From positions 1-30,427 of IMG/VR virus record IMGVR_UViG_3300050158_000034: DNA of 30,427 bases. One strand, 5' to 3'. Of this stretch, positions 24,487 through 30,427 are shown piece after piece. The notes beneath the pieces were generated by a model. The model saw nothing but the letters and a program-made list of their open reading frames with translations, was not told the DNA's origin and searched no databases. Origin of the DNA: a virus (taxonomy: Duplodnaviria; Caudoviricetes). The position numbers and the translations under genes are program-made. The stretch's first letter is position 1. Every line of letters begins with the position of its first letter.

Positions 24487-25032
24487 ATGGCCTACGCCAC
24501 GCCCCAACGGTTCGCCCAGGAGTTCGGCCTGGAAGAGACCAGCCAGCTGATGCAAGACACACAGCGGCTGGTGACTGCGGACGCGGTGCAGATGGCCCTG
24601 GCGGGCACCCTGCCTGCTGGCCCCACCAGCAGCCTCACACAGGCGCAGCTTGACGCTGTGAACGCCGGCATGGCGCGCCTGGTGCGCAAGCTGAGTGACA
24701 TGAGCAACTTCATGGACGGCTACCTGCGCAGTGCCGTTGTGTTGCCGCTGCCTGCCAACCACAGGGACGCTGGTGTGCTGGAAGAGTGCTGCCTGGCCCT
24801 GGTGCGCGAGAGCCTGTCGGGCAGTGCAGACAACGCCACCGACGCCATGAAGGACGTGGCTGCCCGCTGGCGCGCCTGGTTGGTTGATGTCCAGAAGGGC
24901 CGCGTGCAGCTCGTGGACTCGGCCACGGGCGAAGGCCCGGTGGTCAGGAACCGTTACCGCACGGGGCCTGTGGCCAGCCGCATTGACTGGGACTTCAATG
25001 AGCGCTTTGGGCGCGGTGGTGGTGCCCTGTGA
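24487..25032 (+). CDS. Head-tail connector (Mu gp36/DUF1320)
   Basis: MAYAT, DGYL....LPL and WL.DV.KG...L motifs. Confidence 0.85.
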   Translation: MAYATPQRFAQEFGLEETSQLMQDTQRLVTADAVQMALAGTLPAGPTSSLTQAQLDAVNAGMARLVRKLSDMSNFMDGYLRSAVVLPLPANHRDAGVLEECCLALVRESLSGSADNATDAMKDVAARWRAWLVDVQKGRVQLVDSATGEGPVVRNRYRTGPVASRIDWDFNERFGRGGGAL

Positions 25033-25499
25033 GCGGCCCCACACGCAACCAGGACGGCGTTAGCCTGACGTTTGATGCCTCTAGCAATGCGGTGCTTGAG
25101 GCGCATTTGCTGCGGCTGTACATCGCCGATGCGAACCACTTCAAGGAAGCCCGGCAAGAGATGGGCGGGTACTTGCTGGGGCAGTTCCAGGACAACTTTG
25201 ACAAGCAGCGGCTGTGGGATGGCTCGCCCATGCCGCAGTCGAAAGCGGCGATCGCACGCAAGGGCAAGACGCTGATCAAGAGCCACCGCTTGTATGACAG
25301 CTACGTTTACCAGCTGCTGGGCGAGTCGGTTGAGATTGGCTCTGACTCGGTGTATGCCCGCATTCACCACTACGGCGGCGAGACGGGCGGCATGAAGCAC
25401 CGCGTCACCTTGCCGGCCCGGCCGGTGATGGGCGTGACGGAGCGCCAGGAACAACGGCTGGGCGACTTCTTGATTGCCGAGATCAGGATCCTGCAATGA
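25029..25499 (+). CDS. Phage virion morphogenesis protein (Mu gpG-like)
   Basis: TL....RL.DS, YARIHHYGG and LPARP.MG motifs. Confidence 0.88.
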   Translation: MSGPTRNQDGVSLTFDASSNAVLEAHLLRLYIADANHFKEARQEMGGYLLGQFQDNFDKQRLWDGSPMPQSKAAIARKGKTLIKSHRLYDSYVYQLLGESVEIGSDSVYARIHHYGGETGGMKHRVTLPARPVMGVTERQEQRLGDFLIAEIRILQ

Positions 25500-26089
25500 G
25501 CGCCGAGACCTTGCAGGACCAGGCCATTGCCTACATCAGGGCGCAGTTCACGCAGCAGGACGTGCTGGCTGTGCTGCCCTATGGTGGCGAGTTCACCGAG
25601 GGTGAGATTGGGGCCAAGTCGTTTGCCTGCCCGATCATCTTTGTGGCGGTGCTGGGCTGGCACCCTGCCAACGATGGGCGCCGCCAAGCAGGCCGTGAGA
25701 CGGACCGCGTGTACCTGGCAGCCATTGTGCTGACCAAGGCTGTGGACCGCGAGACGCGGGCGCGCTCGTGCCTGAAGCTGGCTGCGCGCTTGGCCAAGGC
25801 CCTGCGCGACTGGCGGCCTGACAGCACGGCGCTGGACACATCGATCTCGTCGCTCGACGAGCGGCCGACCTGCGAAAACATGTACAGCCGCCACCTGGAC
25901 GCCCAGAACATGGCCCGCTGGCTGTGCAAGTGGGACCAGCTGGTCAGCCCGAATTTGGCCTATGTGCCGCCGGTGACGAAGCCGTTGACCGGGGTTGACA
26001 TCGTGGACCACGTGCGCACGCATGTGGGTGAGACGAATGAAGAAGGTGCGCTGGATGTGACTGAAGACATTCAGTTCCCGGCAGTTTGA
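25496..26089 (+). CDS. Putative tail terminator/completion protein (Mu gp37-like)
   Basis: V.PYGGEF and P.IFVA.LGW motifs; position before the sheath. Confidence 0.7.
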   Translation: MSAETLQDQAIAYIRAQFTQQDVLAVLPYGGEFTEGEIGAKSFACPIIFVAVLGWHPANDGRRQAGRETDRVYLAAIVLTKAVDRETRARSCLKLAARLAKALRDWRPDSTALDTSISSLDERPTCENMYSRHLDAQNMARWLCKWDQLVSPNLAYVPPVTKPLTGVDIVDHVRTHVGETNEEGALDVTEDIQFPAV

Positions 26090-26113
26090 CAACGCTTGAC
26101 GATTGGAGCTTTT

Positions 26114-27730
26114 ATGGCTGGGACTTACTACACCGTGCGCGCGCTCAAGCGTGTGAAGGCTGATGGTGTTGAGCGTGTGCCGGGTGATGCGGGAACGCAA
26201 GACTTTGTTGTGGACACCGCGACCCGTGACTTGCTGGTGAACTTGGGTATTGCCAGCCTGATCGGTACGGCATCGTCGGCACCTACGGTGTCGAGACCGT
26301 TGACGGGCTTGATGGGTAAATTCGTTGATGGGGTTATGGTTGGCATCCAGGACTCTCAGGGCAACGATGTTGTGACGTTCTCGGGGGTCGGTGCAGCTAC
26401 ATCGGCCACCAGCGTAACTACCAAGCGCGTCACCGCTATCTGGAAGCCTCGCGCGAGTCAGATGGGCCATATCGCCAGTTACGGAACAACTAACGCATGG
26501 GCCAAAGTGCGTGCGCCCGGAAAATTTTCTGCCGTGCGTGTTTGGGTCCTGTCTCGCGGCTACCGGGAAGCCTCGGGCTTCCGCGCTGCTGTAGCACCTA
26601 CTGACAAGGCTCTCAACGATACGGTCGCAAACTCGTATTTGCCTCGCAAGGGCGCAGTGACATCCAACGTCAATGCAAGCGACGCCGCCCCATATGGGTG
26701 GCGCCAACTTCGCTGGGGGGGTGGCGAGCATTGGGGCGCTGGCACGCCGGAAATCAATGCTGGCTCCACGCTGTCTCCAGTCATCTACCCATCGGCAGCC
26801 ATGCGATCGAACTGGGACGCAATGGGCTCTGACCACGCCATCTCGTCTTTTGTTCGTTCAGACTGGATGCCAATGCCCTCGGTGCCCTGTGATGATGGGT
26901 CTGGTAATTACTACATCCTGGTCAAGATCCGGAAGGAGGCGCCGTATCTTGGTGTCACTGAGCCTGGCATCGGCTGCTACGAGTGGACCATCGCCGAGTC
27001 AACTGCGGTTGTCGGCGGCTTCAATGCTGTGCCAGGCAGTAAGTTGCCCGCCGGCAACTTTGCCTCAGACCCTACTGCTACACCCACGGGCGTGTTTGTG
27101 AGCGGCACCGATAACTTCCAGACAGCCCCGTTCTTCTTGGAGTTTGACCTGGACTTGCCTGCTGAGAAAGTGCGCAGCTTTGCATTTGTCGGCGAGTCGC
27201 ACATCGAGGGCTTCCTGTACCCAACGACTGCTTTTGCTGCCGTGAAGCCGTCGCTGCCTGTTGGCACGGTGCTGAACTACGTGCCCTTCGGCATGTCCAG
27301 CAATCGATCATCTGAATACTTTACGAACTTCGAAAACTACCTGCGCGCAGGCCTTGGCGTGACTGATGTCGTGATGCAGACGCTCTCGACGAACGACACG
27401 ATTGACAGCCCAGACAAGCTGATCCGGTCGTACATGCAGATATCCAAGCGGGTGGATGAGTACCTGGCTGTTGGCATACGGCCGTGGATCATATTGATGT
27501 TCGTCGGCGGTGGTACCTCGTCTGGCGCGAATCTCACAGCTGAGACTGCTGACTACTGGAATCGCATCCGCACGCTCTGTTCGAACAAGCGGATTCCACT
27601 CATCGACATCGCTAAAGACTGGCAATACAACGCCGCCTGGCTGCCCGACAACGTCCACCCTGGGGCGCCCGGTATTGCGCTTTGGAACGCGCAGTTTGAG
27701 GCCGCCCTTCGTCTCGAACTTGGAGTCTAA
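26114..27730 (+). CDS. Virion-module protein with C-terminal SGNH/GDSL hydrolase domain
   Basis: GGAG RBS; block I FVGESHIEG, block II GMSSNRS, block III STND, block V DNVHP. Confidence 0.8.
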   Translation: MAGTYYTVRALKRVKADGVERVPGDAGTQDFVVDTATRDLLVNLGIASLIGTASSAPTVSRPLTGLMGKFVDGVMVGIQDSQGNDVVTFSGVGAATSATSVTTKRVTAIWKPRASQMGHIASYGTTNAWAKVRAPGKFSAVRVWVLSRGYREASGFRAAVAPTDKALNDTVANSYLPRKGAVTSNVNASDAAPYGWRQLRWGGGEHWGAGTPEINAGSTLSPVIYPSAAMRSNWDAMGSDHAISSFVRSDWMPMPSVPCDDGSGNYYILVKIRKEAPYLGVTEPGIGCYEWTIAESTAVVGGFNAVPGSKLPAGNFASDPTATPTGVFVSGTDNFQTAPFFLEFDLDLPAEKVRSFAFVGESHIEGFLYPTTAFAAVKPSLPVGTVLNYVPFGMSSNRSSEYFTNFENYLRAGLGVTDVVMQTLSTNDTIDSPDKLIRSYMQISKRVDEYLAVGIRPWIILMFVGGGTSSGANLTAETADYWNRIRTLCSNKRIPLIDIAKDWQYNAAWLPDNVHPGAPGIALWNAQFEAALRLELGV

Positions 27731-27732
27731 AA

Positions 27733-28326
27733 ATGGCCATCAGCATCCTCCTTGCAAACGGTATGCCTTCCCTGCTTGATCCCTCGCTTGAGGGCCTCAT
27801 CAGGGCAGATGCAGTGGCCGCACCAGCCTACAGCGTGACCGCGACAGCAGCCCTTGAAAAAGATCTGACCATCGCGGACAACACTGGCCTGACCACGGGT
27901 ACATACATCCAGATCAACGGGGCCGGTCCGGCCGGTGCGAACGACTGGTTCTCAATCCAATACCTGGGCACGTACGCCGTTGGCGGCACCACGACGCTGA
28001 CCATTGAGGATGGACAAAACGCTTCACTGGGCAAGGCTGTGACAACTGCCGTGACAAACGCAGTGGCCAAGATGTTCTACCCGGTCTTCACGCGGTTTCA
28101 GCCATACCGAGTGATCCTCATCAACCTGAACACCCGCATCCGGTATGAGTGGCGCAACGGCATGGCCTGCAACAGTGCGCTCAAGACTGATGCAGCAGGC
28201 GCCACAACGCTGATTACGGATTCTGCAATCGTCGTCGACGCGAAGGGCTTTTACACTCACCCAGACCTCATCGGCGTCAATGAGCAAGTAGCGTTTGAGG
28301 TGCGGTTTGCCACGCCCAGCTTGTAA
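27733..28326 (+). CDS. Hypothetical beta-rich protein, possibly structural
   Basis: GGAG RBS; Thr/Ala-rich, with an F.P..V...N......YEW..GM....ALKT.AAG motif. Confidence 0.7.
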   Translation: MAISILLANGMPSLLDPSLEGLIRADAVAAPAYSVTATAALEKDLTIADNTGLTTGTYIQINGAGPAGANDWFSIQYLGTYAVGGTTTLTIEDGQNASLGKAVTTAVTNAVAKMFYPVFTRFQPYRVILINLNTRIRYEWRNGMACNSALKTDAAGATTLITDSAIVVDAKGFYTHPDLIGVNEQVAFEVRFATPSL

Positions 28327-28378
28327 ATGATCAACCATTAATCGCTGTTTTTTCTGCAAATGACTTAAAGGGTCACCC

Positions 28379-29872
28379 ATGCCAATTCAAGACATTCTCA
28401 GCATCAACTACCTGGAACCCTTCGTTGCCAACAAGCTGGACTTCTCGCGCGCCGTTCGTGGCCTGCGCGGCATGCCACGCCGTTTGCTGCTGATCGGCCA
28501 GAAGCTGGCCGCAGGCACGGCTGCCAACAATGGCCTGCTGCGTGCTGTGGGCACCGAGGCCGATGCCATTGCCTACTTTGGTGAGGGCTCGATGCTGGTG
28601 GCCATGTGGCGGGCTGCCACGGCCAACGCTGGCCTGGGCCTGCCTATTGACTGCATTGCCGTGCCTGCCGCTGCGGGCGCGGCTGCAGCCAGCAGCGAGG
28701 TGGTGTTCTCGACGGCTGGTGCAACGCTGGGCACCTCGGGTGATGTGCAGCTGTACATCGGTGGCGTGCGTGTGGGCGTGGGCGCCCAGGCGGCGGACAC
28801 GGGTGCCACCATTGCCGCTGCCCTGGTGGCCGCGATCAATGCGGTGCCCAGCCTGCCGGTGACGGCAGCGATTGGCAGTGCGACCAACAAGGTGCTGTTG
28901 ACCTGCCGTTGGGCAGGCCCGAGTGGCAATTCGATTGACGTGCGCGCCACCTACTACACCGACGACCGCCTGCCTGTGGGCCTGACGGTGGTGATTCCGC
29001 CCATGGCCGGTGGTGCGGGTACGCCGGACATCACGGCTGCGATCGCCGCGATGGTGGGCTACCGCGCGACCGAGCTGGTGTGCGCCTTCACCGACAACGC
29101 CAACCTGGCACTGCTGGAGGCTGAGCTGGAAGCCCGCTGGCTGGCTAACAACATGCAAGACGGCCAGGCCGTGACGTGTGTGCGCTCTGCTGACTCGGCC
29201 ACGGCCTTGACCTGGCTGGCCAGCCGCAACAGTGCGCAGGTGCACACCATCATGACCAAGAATGATGTGTCGAACCCATGGGAGACGGCCGCCGAGGTGG
29301 GCGCCGCCATTGAGAGCCAGGCCGCGCTGGACCCGGCCGTGCCGCACATGGGCATCAGCCTGGCGCAGTACAAGGGGCCGGTGCAGGGCCAGGGCTGGGC
29401 AGGGCAAGAGCCCAACAACCTGCTGCTGGCGGGTGGCTCGGTGCTGAAGATGCATGTGGATTACACCGGCGAGCTGAGCCGCATGGTGACAAACTACGAG
29501 CACAACGGCGCCGGTGCGCCGGACCGCAGCAAGTCGAGCTTGAACGCCATCAAGACGATGAGCTACAAGCGCTGGTTCAACGTGACGGAGTTCCAGACCA
29601 AGTACTACAACTTCAAGATCGCCGAATATGTGGACGAGGCTATTCCTGGTCAGGAGATCATGACGAAGGAGCTGGGCGAGGACATCATGATCGGGATCTA
29701 CCTGGAGTTCATGAAGGTGGGCCTGATGCAGAACCTGCCGTACTACAAGCAGACGCTGGTGGTCGAGATCGACGGGACCAATGGCCGCCTCAAGGTGCAG
29801 GACGAGCCGGTGCTGATCGGCCAGCACTACCAGACTGCGATCACGACGTACCCGATCCTGGGCCACGTGTGA
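28379..29872 (+). CDS. Tail sheath protein (Mu gpL-like)
   Basis: LLIGQKL, FG.GSML..M, LT.RW.G..GN, M.GG.G.PD and R.VT.Y motifs. Confidence 0.92.
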   Translation: MPIQDILSINYLEPFVANKLDFSRAVRGLRGMPRRLLLIGQKLAAGTAANNGLLRAVGTEADAIAYFGEGSMLVAMWRAATANAGLGLPIDCIAVPAAAGAAAASSEVVFSTAGATLGTSGDVQLYIGGVRVGVGAQAADTGATIAAALVAAINAVPSLPVTAAIGSATNKVLLTCRWAGPSGNSIDVRATYYTDDRLPVGLTVVIPPMAGGAGTPDITAAIAAMVGYRATELVCAFTDNANLALLEAELEARWLANNMQDGQAVTCVRSADSATALTWLASRNSAQVHTIMTKNDVSNPWETAAEVGAAIESQAALDPAVPHMGISLAQYKGPVQGQGWAGQEPNNLLLAGGSVLKMHVDYTGELSRMVTNYEHNGAGAPDRSKSSLNAIKTMSYKRWFNVTEFQTKYYNFKIAEYVDEAIPGQEIMTKELGEDIMIGIYLEFMKVGLMQNLPYYKQTLVVEIDGTNGRLKVQDEPVLIGQHYQTAITTYPILGHV

Positions 29873-29936
29873 GTGGTGTTTGAAGGGCCTTGCTGGCCCT
29901 TTGAATGCCCTTTGACTTTTTGACTTGGAGGCCTTT

Positions 29937-30305
29937 ATGGCAAACCCAGATTCACTGTTCCACGTTGATGCCCTGGTTGTGGGCGGCAAGCCGATCGGCA
30001 TTGTGGATGGCAGCTGCACGATCATTGGCCTGATGGGCTACGAGAACAAAGCTGTGCCCGCTGCGAGCGGCCCGGACGCGACGATGCGCCAACGCGTGCC
30101 GCGCATGATCAAGGCCAAGGTTCTGCTCAAGCCCGGCGTGACGCTGGACGACCTGACCGGTGGCAAGACGCAGATTTCTGCCCGCGACAACGAGGGCCCG
30201 CGCCGCGTGATGGCCAACAACTGCGTGATCGCCAGCATCGGCGAGCTGGGCAGTGGCCCCACCGACATTGAATGGAACGTGCTGGAGCCGTACCAGATCT
30301 TGTGA
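29937..30305 (+). CDS. Tail tube protein
   Basis: 122 aa directly after the sheath; GGAGG RBS; beta-rich. Confidence 0.8.
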   Translation: MANPDSLFHVDALVVGGKPIGIVDGSCTIIGLMGYENKAVPAASGPDATMRQRVPRMIKAKVLLKPGVTLDDLTGGKTQISARDNEGPRRVMANNCVIASIGELGSGPTDIEWNVLEPYQIL

Positions 30306-30377
30306 CCGAACTCATGCGAGCGGCGAAGGGGCGTGTGCCCCAACCATCTGCCTGATCAGCGATGGTGTCAACGAGAG

Positions 30378-30411
30378 AGGGGCCCCGATGATTCGGGGCC
30401 CCTTTGCCTTT
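30378..30411 (+). terminator. Strong hairpin / probable intrinsic terminator after the tube gene
   Basis: Perfect 11-bp stem AGGGGCCCCGA/TCGGGGCCCCT followed by TTGCCTTT. Confidence 0.65.
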
Positions 30412-30427
30412 GGGGGGGGGCATGTGA

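Larger units (their letters stand above)
115..30427. mobile_element. Mu-like transposable prophage (myovirus type), one end at ~115, continuing beyond the window
   Basis: DDE transposase plus AAA ATPase pair, ner-like, GemA, Mor, DUF1804/TerL/DUF935 portal/MuF, protease, capsid, DUF1320, sheath and tube are all present. The end coordinate is inferred from TG plus repeats. Confidence 0.95.

Noticed and set aside
28373-30025. 550-aa minus-strand ORF (also 25370-26836 and 22781-23830)
   Set aside because: Antisense to recognisable structural genes.
30340-30370. Hammerhead-like CTGATCAG
   Set aside because: Does not match CUGANGA and the rest of the core is missing.
1-30427. CRISPR array, rRNA, integrase, reverse transcriptase, gam or mom
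   Set aside because: No such repeats or motifs seen; mom and tail-fibre genes could lie beyond the right edge.

Overview
The window is almost entirely a GC-rich, Mu-like (transposable, contractile-tailed) prophage, probably from a betaproteobacterial host (host is inferred). A probable prophage end (TG plus repeated 18-bp motifs) lies at about 115. The element runs past the right edge after the tail tube gene. The layout is unusual. A leftward late arm carries holin, SLT endolysin, nested spanins, a permuted NlpC/P60 enzyme, a TraR-like Zn finger, TerS/TerL, portal, seven accessory genes and MuF with a C-terminal extension. A central switch follows (S24-type repressor plus two envelope genes, divergent from a ner-like gene). 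Next is a rightward early operon (DUF3102, transposase A/B, DUF3164, GemA, Mor), then a rightward head/tail operon. Both late arms start from matching promoter boxes (GTGAA-N3-TTTCACCAAG-N20-[-10]). The best leads are: a MuF C-terminal nuclease-like domain followed by a cloverleaf-like non-coding element instead of an immunity gene; an accessory cluster between portal and MuF with a Gp49/Acb4-like fusion, an ASCH protein and a structured RNA candidate; and a virion-module SGNH hydrolase sharing an N-terminal motif with another head-region protein. All family assignments come from motif recognition and synteny, not database searches.
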